From SAR86 cluster bacterium (GTDB taxonomy: Bacteria; Pseudomonadota; Gammaproteobacteria; Magnimaribacterales; AG-339-G14): a stretch of DNA of 64,000 nucleotides. Where the stretch lies: the NCBI GenBank assembly GCA_023703675.1, contig CP097974.1:661288-725287 (forward strand), given 5' to 3'. A program made the translations under genes and the position numbers. The notes beneath the pieces are model-generated. The model saw only the letters and a program-made list of their open reading frames with translations. It was not told the DNA's origin and did not search any database. Below, piece by piece: positions 50,961-60,531 of this stretch (position 1 is the stretch's first letter; every line of letters starts with the position of its first letter).

Positions 50961-52169
50961 ATGGCAGATTTAGCTGTATTTAGAGATGAAACAAGAAATT
51001 GGTTGGAAGAAAATTGTCCCCCTGAAATGAAAAAACCTATGACTCCACATGGCATGACGTGGGGAGGAAGAAATTGCAAATTCACTCACCCAGATCAAGA
51101 GCTTTGGTTGAAAAGATTAGGAGAAAAGGGTTGGACTGCCCCAACTTGGCCTAAAGAATATGGTGGTGGCGGACTTAATTTCGATGAGAACAAAATTCTT
51201 GCAGAAGAAATGAATAAAATGGGAACTAGAATGCCTCTTGCTAGTTTCGGATTGTGGATGCTAGGTCCAGCTCTGCTTGAATATGCTTCCGAAGAACAAA
51301 AAATGGAACACATTCCGAAAATCATTAAAGGAGAAATTAGGTGGTGCCAAGGATACAGTGAACCAGGATCAGGATCAGATCTTGCATCTCTTAAGACTAA
51401 GGCCATTGAGGATGGTGATAACTTTGTTGTTAATGGTCAAAAGGTCTGGACTTCCTATGCCAATGAGTGTGACATGATCTTTACTCTTGTTAGAACAGGT
51501 CCGCAAGAACCTAAACATGATGGAATAAGTTTTTTATTAATTGACATGGATCAATCAGGAGTTGAAACCAAACCGATAAAGTTGATTTCAGGAAATTCTC
51601 CATTTTGCGAAACTTTTTTTACCGACGCTATTGTCCCCAAAAAAAATCTAGTGCATAAATTAAATAAAGGATGGGATGTTGCAAAAAACTTACTCCAACA
51701 TGAGAGAAAAATGCTCGCCAGCATGGGGCTTGGTGGATCGAAAGCTGCTAGTAAAGGTAAAACGGGCTCTGGTTTAGCAACACTTTCTAAAAAGTATGTT
51801 GAAGTGAAGGAAGATAAGATTGTTGACGAAGGTTTAAGACAGAAGATTGCAAAATGCGATATGAATGCACATGCGTTTAGTCTTACTTTGAAACGTGCCT
51901 CCGAAGAAGCTAAAAATTCTAATCATGGTCCAAGTGCAGCTACTTCAATATTTAAATTGTATGGTTCAGAACACAATAAGCAAAAATATGAAATTATGCT
52001 TGAAGCAATGGGAACCCAAGGTTTAGGTTGGGAAGGCGGTGAATTTGGTCCTGAGGAACTCGCGATTACAAGAGAGTGGCTTAGAACTAAGGCCAATTCA
52101 ATAGAAGGAGGAACTTCAGAAGTTCAGTTGAATGTAATTTCGAAACGTGTTTTAGATTTGCCTCAATAA
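50961..52169 (+). CDS. acyl-CoA dehydrogenase family protein (subunit 1 of a coupled pair)
   Basis: 402 aa with 'RWCQGYSEPGSGSDLASL', 'GQKVWTSYA' and C-terminal 'IEGGTSEVQ'. A Shine-Dalgarno sequence AAGAGG lies upstream. Confidence 0.88.
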   Translation: MADLAVFRDETRNWLEENCPPEMKKPMTPHGMTWGGRNCKFTHPDQELWLKRLGEKGWTAPTWPKEYGGGGLNFDENKILAEEMNKMGTRMPLASFGLWMLGPALLEYASEEQKMEHIPKIIKGEIRWCQGYSEPGSGSDLASLKTKAIEDGDNFVVNGQKVWTSYANECDMIFTLVRTGPQEPKHDGISFLLIDMDQSGVETKPIKLISGNSPFCETFFTDAIVPKKNLVHKLNKGWDVAKNLLQHERKMLASMGLGGSKAASKGKTGSGLATLSKKYVEVKEDKIVDEGLRQKIAKCDMNAHAFSLTLKRASEEAKNSNHGPSAATSIFKLYGSEHNKQKYEIMLEAMGTQGLGWEGGEFGPEELAITREWLRTKANSIEGGTSEVQLNVISKRVLDLPQ

Positions 52170-53290
52170 TGTCTCTGGTTTTAAACGAAACTGCATCATT
52201 TTTACAAGATCAAACTCAAAAATTTGCTAGGGAAAAAACTCCCACTTCGCATTTTAGATCAATTCGAGATTCTGAGAATCCTGATTGTTTTGACCGTGAA
52301 ATTTGGAAACAAATGGCTGATCAAGGCTTAACCGGAATATTGATACCCGAAGAATTCGGAGGGTCAAATTTTGGATTATCTGGAATAGGTATTGTTCTTC
52401 AAGAGCTAGGAAGAACATTAACTCCCTCTCCTCTTCTTGCTACTGCTGTCATAGGAGCAAGTTTTGTTTCTAAACTGGGAACGGAAGAGCAGAAAAAAAA
52501 ATATCTTCCTGAAATTGTTAAAGGAAATATAACCTGTTGTTTTGCACTTGAAGAAGGACCTAGACATAATCCAATTGTTTCCGAAACTAATGCTGAAAAA
52601 AAAGGAAATAAATTCATTATTAACGGGAAAAAAACATTTGTAATAGATGGAGGGTTTGCTGATCTAATTATAATTGCAGCCAAAACCAAGAATGGCGTGA
52701 CTCTTTTTACCGCCGACAGAGAGTCAAATGGCATCGAGATTAATCAAACAAAAATGGTTGATAGCAGAAATGCTGCAAATATAACCTTTAAAAACCTAGA
52801 AATTAACTCTGATGCTATCTTAGGGGAGTTAGATTCAGCTCAAGACATAATTAATGAAGTTTTGGATATTTCCAGGGCCGTATTAGCTGCTGAAATGCTT
52901 GGTGGAGCACTAGAGGCATTTGAAATTACTTTGAACTATCTCAAAGAAAGAGAACAATTCGGTGTAAAAATTGGATCTTTCCAAGCTTTGCAACACAGAG
53001 CTGCGAATATGTTCACAGAATTAGAACTTTGTAAATCCTGCGTTCTTGAAAGCCTTTCAGCGTTTGAAGAAAAATCCAATGACATTCAAAGACTTGTTAG
53101 TTTATCGAAAGCAAAAGTTGGTGAAACCTTCCATCTCGTATCTAATGAAGGCGTTCAGATGCATGGCGGTGTTGGTGTAACAGATGAATATGATATTGGC
53201 TTATATCTCAAAAGAGCTAGAGTTGCAGAACAAACATTTGGAAATTCTGAATTTCACAGAAACAGATACGCAGAAATAACCGGCTATTAG
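52169..53290 (+). CDS. acyl-CoA dehydrogenase family protein (subunit 2 of a coupled pair)
   Basis: 373 aa. Its start overlaps the upstream stop (TAATG). It has 'CFALEEGPRHN', 'YLKEREQFGVKIGSFQALQH' and 'QMHGGVGVTDEY'. Confidence 0.88.
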   Translation: MSLVLNETASFLQDQTQKFAREKTPTSHFRSIRDSENPDCFDREIWKQMADQGLTGILIPEEFGGSNFGLSGIGIVLQELGRTLTPSPLLATAVIGASFVSKLGTEEQKKKYLPEIVKGNITCCFALEEGPRHNPIVSETNAEKKGNKFIINGKKTFVIDGGFADLIIIAAKTKNGVTLFTADRESNGIEINQTKMVDSRNAANITFKNLEINSDAILGELDSAQDIINEVLDISRAVLAAEMLGGALEAFEITLNYLKEREQFGVKIGSFQALQHRAANMFTELELCKSCVLESLSAFEEKSNDIQRLVSLSKAKVGETFHLVSNEGVQMHGGVGVTDEYDIGLYLKRARVAEQTFGNSEFHRNRYAEITGY

Positions 53291-53293
53291 ATT

Positions 53294-53677
53294 ATGGCCT
53301 CTAACGGTATTACAAAACTGCTTAAAGTCATGCGGCAGCTCAGAGATCCAAAAGATGGATGCGAATGGGATAAGTTACAAACTCATGAATCTCTAATACC
53401 TTTCCTTGAAGAAGAATCTCAAGAAGTCATAGAAGCCATAAAGAATAACGATCCGGAAAATCTCAAAGATGAGCTTGGAGATTTATTGTTACAAATTATA
53501 TTTCATTCTCAAATAGCTGAAGAAAATAAATTTTTTAAATTTGATGACGTTGTAAAATCGATTTCAGAGAAACTTATTCGAAGACACCCCTATGTCTTTG
53601 ATCAAAAACAAAAACATACTGCTGAACAGCAAGCTGCTATGTGGAGAGAAATTAAGGAGAAAGAAAAAAATGGCTAG
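53294..53677 (+). CDS. mazG: single-domain MazG-type nucleoside triphosphate pyrophosphohydrolase
   Basis: 127 aa. 'LRDPKDGCEWDKLQTHESL...EESQEVIEAI...ELGDLLLQIIFHSQIAEE...KLIRRHPYVF' parallels the N-terminal domain of two-domain E. coli MazG. Confidence 0.8.
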   Translation: MASNGITKLLKVMRQLRDPKDGCEWDKLQTHESLIPFLEEESQEVIEAIKNNDPENLKDELGDLLLQIIFHSQIAEENKFFKFDDVVKSISEKLIRRHPYVFDQKQKHTAEQQAAMWREIKEKEKNG

Positions 53678-54557
53678 TGCTAGAGAGTTTGTTGTTGGTT
53701 GTACAAGCTTTTCCATTTTATTGGTTAACACTTTTTTGTTAGCTCTTTTAATGATTCCCCTTGGGATAATTAAATTTTTAATTCCAATTAAAGCTTTAAG
53801 AGTTTCATTCACTAAAATAATAATAAAAATTGGAGAAGCATGGATTTCAATTAACTCGCTATGGGTAAAAAATCTTTTGAATCCTAATATTGAAATCATC
53901 GGTTTTGAAAGTCTAAATAAAAACGAATGGTATTTGACGACATCCAATCACCAGAGCTGGGCTGATATTTTTGTTGTTCAAGAATTAACTAATAAGAAGA
54001 TTCCCATGTTGAAGTTTTTCATGAAGCATGTTCTAGTTTACGTTCCGGTCATCGGAATTTGCTGGTGGGCTTTGGATATGCCGTTTCTTAAACGTTACAC
54101 AAAAGAACAGATTAAAAAAAATCCCCAACTTCAAGGCCGCGACTTCAGGGAAATGAGAAAATCTCTAAATCACTATTCTCTTCATCCTGTTTCAGTTTTT
54201 AGTTATGCCGAAGGAACTAGGTTCACTAAAGAAAAACATACCAAACAAAACAGTCCTTTTAAAAATTTACTCAAACCTAAAGAAGGTGGAATGGCTCTTG
54301 CGTTGTCAGTTATACCGAGTATTAATTTTTTAATAGATATAACAATAATTTATGAGAGCCCTAAAAGAAGTTTTTGGGATTACTTATGTGGTAGGCTAAA
54401 AAATATAAAGGTTTTTGTAAAAAAAAGGCATATTCCTGAAATTTTTTTAAATGAAATGTTAGCTGAAGATGATATTTTAAGGATGAAATTTAAGGAATGG
54501 ATCAATGAAATTTGGAAAGAAAAAGATGAAATGATTTCATCAACAAATTTTAATTAA
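53670..54557 (+). CDS. yihG: YihG-type lysophospholipid acyltransferase (PlsC superfamily)
   Basis: I take the start at ATG 53670 ('MASAREF...'), an 8-nt overlap with mazG. It has the HX4D motif 'SNHQSWADI', plus 'FPFLKRY'-like 'MPFLKRY', 'AEGTRFT' and 'SPFKNLLKPK'. These parallel E. coli YihG from memory. Confidence 0.75.
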   Translation: MASAREFVVGCTSFSILLVNTFLLALLMIPLGIIKFLIPIKALRVSFTKIIIKIGEAWISINSLWVKNLLNPNIEIIGFESLNKNEWYLTTSNHQSWADIFVVQELTNKKIPMLKFFMKHVLVYVPVIGICWWALDMPFLKRYTKEQIKKNPQLQGRDFREMRKSLNHYSLHPVSVFSYAEGTRFTKEKHTKQNSPFKNLLKPKEGGMALALSVIPSINFLIDITIIYESPKRSFWDYLCGRLKNIKVFVKKRHIPEIFLNEMLAEDDILRMKFKEWINEIWKEKDEMISSTNFN

Positions 54558-54565
54558 ATTAGAAT

Positions 54566-56617
54566 ATGAAGAGATTTTCTTTTATTTGTATAACTGTCTT
54601 CGCATTATTTACTTTTAGTGAAGAATATAAATTCCCTTTATCTGATGATAAAAAGAATTTTTACGCGAATGTTTATGACGAAGCCAAATTTATTTTAAAC
54701 AAAAATCACTTCAACAAAGAAATAGCTTTAATAAATTCTGAAGTACTCAAAGAATATATCAATACGATCGACAGTCAGAAAACTATATTTACTAAAAATG
54801 AATTTAATTCTTTTTCTTTAAAACCCACATTAAATTCCAATGATGAAATTGAACTAGCTTTTTTACTTTTCAACCACTACAAAGAAAGATCATTTAGTTT
54901 TTTTGAAACACAAAAGAAATTTATCAACGATATAAAAGATGAAGATGACCTCAATAACGCAGAATTTATATTCAAGGACAGAGAAAATGTTGAAAGATTT
55001 CGATCTTATTCCCAGATTCAAAATTACCAAAATAAATTGATTCTAAGTGAATTCATCTCGGTGTACCTAAAAGAAGAAGACATAAAAAAAACAAAAGCCA
55101 AGCTTATAAAACGAATTAGTAATAGAGAAAAAAGTTTAAGAAGAATATCTATGGATGAAGTATTTAGTTTATATCTAAATTCTTACACTAGTTTTTTTGA
55201 TCCACATACAAATTATTTAACTCCAACTAATCAAGAAGATTGGGAGATAAATTTAAAAGCTTCTTTAGAGGGTATTGGAGCAATTCTATCTTCTGAAGAA
55301 GGTATTACTAAAATTATTAGATTAGTACCTGGCGGACCAGCTCAAAAATCTGGATTATTAAAAGTAACAGATAAAATTGTTGGAGTTGCTTCTTCTGTGA
55401 ATGAAGAAATTACCGACGTAAGAGATTGGAGAATTGACGAGGTCGTGAAATTAATCAGGGGGCCAAAATCAACAGTGGTTAAATTAGAAATTCTTCCTGC
55501 TGCGTCAGACAATGAAGATTTAGGAAAAATAATTGAAATTACAAGAGATATTGTAAAACTTGAAGATGCTGCAGCGCAAAAAAAGGAAATAGAAATTAAA
55601 AGAAGCTCGAGAAACTACAAAATTGGAGTCATTGAACTTCCTACGTTTTATATGGATTTTGAAGCCTATAATAAAAATAGATTTGATTACAAAAGTAGTT
55701 CCAGAGACGTAAAAAAAATTCTTCGTGAATTAGACGAATCGAATATTGACGGCTTGGTTTTAGACCTTAGGGGCAACGGAGGAGGATTTCTATTTGAAGC
55801 CTATTCCTTAGCAAAACTTTTTATTGGGAGAGGCAACGTTGTACAGGTGATGGAAGCAAATGGCTCCCTTCAGTCTTTAGGACATAGCATGGGTAGACAG
55901 AATTATTCTGGTCCAATAGTTATATTAGTAGACAAATTGAGTGCTTCTGCTTCTGAAATTTTAGCTGGAGTTATTCAAGACTACGATAGAGGATTGGTAG
56001 TGGGCAGTCAGACATTTGGAAAAGGAACCGTCCAACGAATGGTTGAACTTTCCCACGGGCATATAAAATTTACTGAGCAAAAGTACTATAGGGTTTCTGG
56101 TGAGAGTACTCAGAACAAAGGTGTTGAACCAGACATAAATTTACCTTTAGTCTTTAACGATGATGAAATTGGTGAGAGATCTTATGAAAATTCTTTACCT
56201 TATAATTATATTGATCCAATCTTCTATAGGTCTTTTGAGGAAATTCAAAATTTAGACTTAATTAGAACCACATCGTCAAATAGAACTGAGGCAAACGAAA
56301 TGAAAATTTACCTAGAAGCGCAAAAAGACTTTTATAAAAATGAAAAAAAGCTAAATCAGATTCCCTTGAGTCTTGAACAAAGAAAAATTCTTAAATTTAA
56401 AAGAGAAGAATCAATCTTAAGTATGGAGAACCGATTGAGAGTTTCGCTAAAGTTAATGCCTTTTGAAACATATGATGATTTTGTGAATTCTGATCCGGAA
56501 GAAATCTCTGATTTGAGGGAAGAAATTGTTCTAAAAGAAGCAGCTGAAATATTAGTGGACTCCTTAATATTGAACCAAAACCCCTCTAGACTAAGTTATA
56601 TATTATCGCCTCAATGA
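54566..56617 (+). CDS. prc: tail-specific (C-terminal processing) protease
   Basis: 683 aa with a signal peptide and PDZ domain 'GIGAILSSEEGITKIIRLVPGGPAQKSG'. It has the catalytic Ser 'SASASEI' and Lys 'TFGKGTVQ'. Confidence 0.92.
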   Translation: MKRFSFICITVFALFTFSEEYKFPLSDDKKNFYANVYDEAKFILNKNHFNKEIALINSEVLKEYINTIDSQKTIFTKNEFNSFSLKPTLNSNDEIELAFLLFNHYKERSFSFFETQKKFINDIKDEDDLNNAEFIFKDRENVERFRSYSQIQNYQNKLILSEFISVYLKEEDIKKTKAKLIKRISNREKSLRRISMDEVFSLYLNSYTSFFDPHTNYLTPTNQEDWEINLKASLEGIGAILSSEEGITKIIRLVPGGPAQKSGLLKVTDKIVGVASSVNEEITDVRDWRIDEVVKLIRGPKSTVVKLEILPAASDNEDLGKIIEITRDIVKLEDAAAQKKEIEIKRSSRNYKIGVIELPTFYMDFEAYNKNRFDYKSSSRDVKKILRELDESNIDGLVLDLRGNGGGFLFEAYSLAKLFIGRGNVVQVMEANGSLQSLGHSMGRQNYSGPIVILVDKLSASASEILAGVIQDYDRGLVVGSQTFGKGTVQRMVELSHGHIKFTEQKYYRVSGESTQNKGVEPDINLPLVFNDDEIGERSYENSLPYNYIDPIFYRSFEEIQNLDLIRTTSSNRTEANEMKIYLEAQKDFYKNEKKLNQIPLSLEQRKILKFKREESILSMENRLRVSLKLMPFETYDDFVNSDPEEISDLREEIVLKEAAEILVDSLILNQNPSRLSYILSPQ

Positions 56618-57426
56618 AAATATTTTCCTTCAACGTAAATGGTATTAGGGCTAGATATCATCAGTTAGAAAAATTAATCTCCATTCATAGTCCAGAAGTA
56701 TTTTGTCTGCAAGAAACGAAAGTTCATAATGATGATTTTCCTCACGAAGAAATAGATAAGCTTGGTTACCATAAAATTATTAACGGTCAAAAAGGTCACT
56801 ATGGAGTAGCAACTTTTTATAAAGATAATTTGATCTCATCAAGCCTTGGTTTTGAAACAGATACCAATGAAGCACAATGTCGATTGATAACTTCAGAACA
56901 TAATTTTAATAAAACTAAAGTACATATAATCAATGGCTATTTCCCTCAAGGTGATAACAGAGACCACCCAACTAAATTCCCATACAAAGAAAAGTTTTTT
57001 AAAGATTTGATGAAACATTTAGATAAAAATTTCAGTAAAAATGACAATATTATTATCCTAGGCGATTTAAATATATCTCCTGAGGATATCGATATTGGGA
57101 TAGGAGAAGAAAACAGGAAAAGATGGCTAACTTCAGGTAAATGTAGTTTTCTTCCAGAAGAGAGAGAATGGTTAAAAAAAATCAAAGATTGGGGATTTCA
57201 AGATTCCTATAGAAAATTTTATCCTGAAACTAATGATAAATTTAGCTGGTTTGATTATAGAAGTAGAGGCTTTGATGATTCTCCTAAGAGAGGTTTAAGG
57301 ATTGATCACCTTTGGGTTACCAAAGATTTATACGATATTGCTCAGAGCTCTGGTATCGACTATGAAATAAGAGGAATGGAAAAACCATCTGACCACGCAC
57401 CAGTTTGGACTGAATTTAACTTTTAG
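56614..57426 (+). CDS. xthA: exodeoxyribonuclease III
   Basis: 270 aa with 'CLQETK', 'LGDLNISP' and 'SDHAPVW'. Confidence 0.93.
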   Translation: MKIFSFNVNGIRARYHQLEKLISIHSPEVFCLQETKVHNDDFPHEEIDKLGYHKIINGQKGHYGVATFYKDNLISSSLGFETDTNEAQCRLITSEHNFNKTKVHIINGYFPQGDNRDHPTKFPYKEKFFKDLMKHLDKNFSKNDNIIILGDLNISPEDIDIGIGEENRKRWLTSGKCSFLPEEREWLKKIKDWGFQDSYRKFYPETNDKFSWFDYRSRGFDDSPKRGLRIDHLWVTKDLYDIAQSSGIDYEIRGMEKPSDHAPVWTEFNF

Positions 57427-57883
57427 ACCTTTTTTCTCTAAAGAAGTCTGTAAGTAAAAGACTCGCCTCTTCCGCCAGCACTCCCGATGTAATTTTGAAT
57501 TTATGATTCAATGAGGACGAATTTGAAAGATCGTAATAAGCTTTTGAAGCGCCAGCCTTGGGGTCGTCAGCTCCAAAAATAAGTCTATTTAATCTAGAAT
57601 GGATGCAAGCACCAAAACACATAAGACATGGCTCAATAGTGACATAAAGATTGCATCCATTAAGTCGATAGTTATTTAAATACGACGAGGCTTCTCTTAG
57701 GGCAATTATCTCTGCATGCGCTGTAGGATCAGAATTTCTAACGCTTTGATTAAATCCTCTGCCGATAATTTTATTTTCATAGGTTACCACAGCTCCTATA
57801 GGGACTTCTCCCGACAAAAGCCCTTCTTTGGCCATGTTCATTGCCTCAGTCATAAAGAAAATATCATTTGTTGATGAAATCAT
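57416..57883 (-). CDS. tadA: tRNA adenosine(34) deaminase
   Basis: 155 aa with 'HAEIIALR' and 'PCLMCFGA'. Confidence 0.93.
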   Translation of the reverse strand: MISSTNDIFFMTEAMNMAKEGLLSGEVPIGAVVTYENKIIGRGFNQSVRNSDPTAHAEIIALREASSYLNNYRLNGCNLYVTIEPCLMCFGACIHSRLNRLIFGADDPKAGASKAYYDLSNSSSLNHKFKITSGVLAEEASLLLTDFFREKRSKS

Positions 57884-57886
57884 TGA

Positions 57887-58435
57887 TTAGTCTATAAGTT
57901 TTTCTTCCGAAATATCATTAGCATCGTCCTCAAAAATTAAGTCTTTAACCGAATTTAATCTATCGACATACAAGTAGCCGAATAAATGATCTAATTCGTG
58001 TTGAAAAACTGTAGCTAGAAAATCTTCAACTATTATTTCATTTTGAATTGCTTCTTCATCTAAATAAGTTATTCTTAATTTTCTAGGTCTCTCAACAAAC
58101 CCCCTCAAACCAGGAACGCTAAGACAGCCCTCCCAGAAACCCTGCTTTGTTTTATCTAATATTTCTAATGAAGGATTAATAATTACAAATTCATCTGAAT
58201 CTTCTTGAATTTCGTATCTTTTAGATTCACTATCCAATTTAATTACAGCTACTTGTTTTAAGATTCCAATTTGAGGAGCTGCCAATCCTATTCCGCCGGC
58301 TTCTGCCATAATATTCCACATTTTTTTTATTAATTTCTTTGTATCTTTAGATAAAATTTCTTTCTTTAGAAGAGGTTTGGAAACTTCTCTAAGCAAGGGA
58401 TTACCCATTTTTAATATGGCTTTATGACCGATCAT
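57887..58435 (-). CDS. def: peptide deformylase
   Basis: 182 aa with 'GIGLAAPQIG', 'EGCLSVPG' and 'QHELDHL'. Confidence 0.95.
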   Translation of the reverse strand: MIGHKAILKMGNPLLREVSKPLLKKEILSKDTKKLIKKMWNIMAEAGGIGLAAPQIGILKQVAVIKLDSESKRYEIQEDSDEFVIINPSLEILDKTKQGFWEGCLSVPGLRGFVERPRKLRITYLDEEAIQNEIIVEDFLATVFQHELDHLFGYLYVDRLNSVKDLIFEDDANDISEEKLID

Positions 58436-59132
58436 TCAAGATACTTAAGTTTTTTAGCTTTTCTGAGAAAGCAAAAGTTATCAAAAAAATACAGAACATA
58501 CTTACCGTAACTATTAATTTTTGAGCAATGACATTAGGGATTAAATCATCTTTATTTTCAATAGGATTCCCACCAATATTTAAATAGATCACATATAAAA
58601 AGGTAGAGATAGTAAAAAAAGAAATAATGTATAGATAATTTTTTGAAACTCCACTTCTACCTAAAACTAATAATAAAAATAAAGATGCAGGAATCATTAA
58701 ACGAAATGAGTTTTTGGCAAAGAAAACATGCTCATCGAAATAAAGATCATATGGTGTAAATCCTACAGCTGCAAAAAAAATTGAACCAACAAAAAATAAA
58801 ATAGCTCCTATAAAAGACAAAATATAATTTAAATTATCGTCTTTGAAAATTTCAGGGATTATTAAAAAGGCCAAGCCAGCAAGAGAAAAAATAGACAAAG
58901 AAAGAGCAAAAAAAGTTGAAGATAAGAAATTTACTTCACCTGAATGAGATTTATATCCTCCCAAATCACTTAAAAAATTATTTATAAAGGAATATCCTAT
59001 TTGAGAAGAATCATGAATGTTACCTCCGGGGTAAAAGTACATGGAAACTAATAATCCAACTAGAAAAAATACAGATGAATACCTTATTAAATTTATGGCT
59101 AGTATGATTTTCATTTTCTTAAATGATAGCAA
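58422..59132 (-). CDS. hypothetical polytopic membrane protein (about 6 TM)
   Basis: 236-aa ORF filling the whole interval between def and the pgi promoter. It has six hydrophobic stretches and no motif I can assign. It overlaps def by 14 nt. Confidence 0.55.
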   Translation of the reverse strand: MLSFKKMKIILAINLIRYSSVFFLVGLLVSMYFYPGGNIHDSSQIGYSFINNFLSDLGGYKSHSGEVNFLSSTFFALSLSIFSLAGLAFLIIPEIFKDDNLNYILSFIGAILFFVGSIFFAAVGFTPYDLYFDEHVFFAKNSFRLMIPASLFLLLVLGRSGVSKNYLYIISFFTISTFLYVIYLNIGGNPIENKDDLIPNVIAQKLIVTVSMFCIFLITFAFSEKLKNLSILNDRS

Positions 59133-59163
59133 AGATAAATTAGTTATAATCTAAAAGTTAATC

Positions 59164-60531
59164 ATGAAAAAACTACTTTCTTCTTTTGAAGAGCTTTCTA
59201 AATTAAAACCCTCAAATTCTATTGAATCTTCTTATTCTGATCAATTCATAAAATTTGAATCACGAAATGTAATTTATTCAAATGAGGTAAAAGCGCTTTT
59301 TAATAAAATTGACATAGAGGTAGATGTCGATGGATCCATTAAAGAACTTATTTCTGGAAGTTTCATAAACAAATCTGAAAATAAAGCGGCTTCACATCCA
59401 AAACTTAGAAATAATTCTGAAGAGTTCTTAAAAACTGATTTTCCAAAAATAATAAAACTTAAACACGAATTAATAGCAAATAATAAGAAAAATATAGTGG
59501 TTCTAGGAATTGGAGGTTCTTATGAAGGACCAAATCTTCTACTTGAAGCTTTAAAAAATTTTTCAAATGAGATCTTTAATTTTTATTTCATAAATGGTTC
59601 TGATGAGAAAGAGTTTCATGAAGTAATAAACGGCTTGCTAGCGAGCGAAACTAATTTCATTGTTTCATCAAAATCTCTGAACACTCAAGAAACTTTAGAA
59701 AGTTTAAAACACGCAAAAAAATGGCTTAAAGAAAACTCTGACGAGGAATCTTTAAAATCAAATATTGTCGTCTTAACTGCAAATGAAAAGAAAGCTAAAA
59801 CTCTCTTCAAAGAAAAAAATATTTTTTTAATCGATGATGAAATTGGAGGGAGATACTCTGTTTGGAGCAATATTTCGATTCCCGCAATTTTAGATCTTGA
59901 AGAAAACTATATTAAATTTCTTGAAGGAGGCAATGAAGTCGATAAATTAATAACATCTGATAAATCTTTTAAAGAATTTATTAAAGATCTAAGTTACAAA
60001 GACATATGGGAAAATAATTTTCTTAACTTCAATAACAGAATTTTACTATCTTATTCTTGGCCGCTTAGGTCTTTTCCTAATTACGCACAACAACTTGAAA
60101 TGGAATCCCTTGGAAAACCAGCGAATCCAAAATCTATTTTTAAAAAAACTAGTCAAACTATATTTGGGGGTTTTGGGCCTAAAGCACAACATTCTTATTT
60201 TCAACAATTACATCAGGGAACAGAAAACTATAGTATTGATTTGTTTTCTACCAGTAAAGACCGAATTGATGAAAAACTTATATCAAAGCAATTACAGGCT
60301 CAATTAACTCTTTTTAAAAACTGTCCAGAGGAATTAAAGGGCTCAAAAGAGGAGGTAAAAGCTAATGTAAACTTTAACCACTTCGAATTAGCCAAAATTG
60401 ATCCTTTTCATTTAGGTTACTTAATAGCCTTATGGGAATATAGAACTTTTATAACGGCTAAGATATTGGAAATAAATCCATTTGATCAATTTGGCGTAGA
60501 GGCAGGAAAAAAGCTTACTGAAAAACTTTAA
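59164..60531 (+). CDS. pgi: glucose-6-phosphate isomerase (shortened form)
   Basis: 455 aa with 'GIGGSYEGP', 'GGRYSVWS', 'MESLGK', 'QHSYFQQLHQG' and 'NPFDQFGVEAGK'. It is about 90 aa shorter than the 549-aa E. coli enzyme, partly through a missing C-terminal tail. Confidence 0.88.
   Translation: MKKLLSSFEELSKLKPSNSIESSYSDQFIKFESRNVIYSNEVKALFNKIDIEVDVDGSIKELISGSFINKSENKAASHPKLRNNSEEFLKTDFPKIIKLKHELIANNKKNIVVLGIGGSYEGPNLLLEALKNFSNEIFNFYFINGSDEKEFHEVINGLLASETNFIVSSKSLNTQETLESLKHAKKWLKENSDEESLKSNIVVLTANEKKAKTLFKEKNIFLIDDEIGGRYSVWSNISIPAILDLEENYIKFLEGGNEVDKLITSDKSFKEFIKDLSYKDIWENNFLNFNNRILLSYSWPLRSFPNYAQQLEMESLGKPANPKSIFKKTSQTIFGGFGPKAQHSYFQQLHQGTENYSIDLFSTSKDRIDEKLISKQLQAQLTLFKNCPEELKGSKEEVKANVNFNHFELAKIDPFHLGYLIALWEYRTFITAKILEINPFDQFGVEAGKKLTEKL

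Noticed and set aside
53564-53947. A 127-aa minus-strand ORF across the mazG/yihG junction.
   Set aside because: It is antisense to two motif-supported genes. Its hydrophobic, low-complexity sequence mirrors the membrane N-terminus of YihG.
60095-60307. Same-strand alternative-frame ORFs inside pgi (70 aa), ACAD-1 (51277-51477) and the nuclease (16980-17180).
   Set aside because: They are short and lack an RBS or motifs. They lie inside genes whose annotated frame carries clear family signatures.
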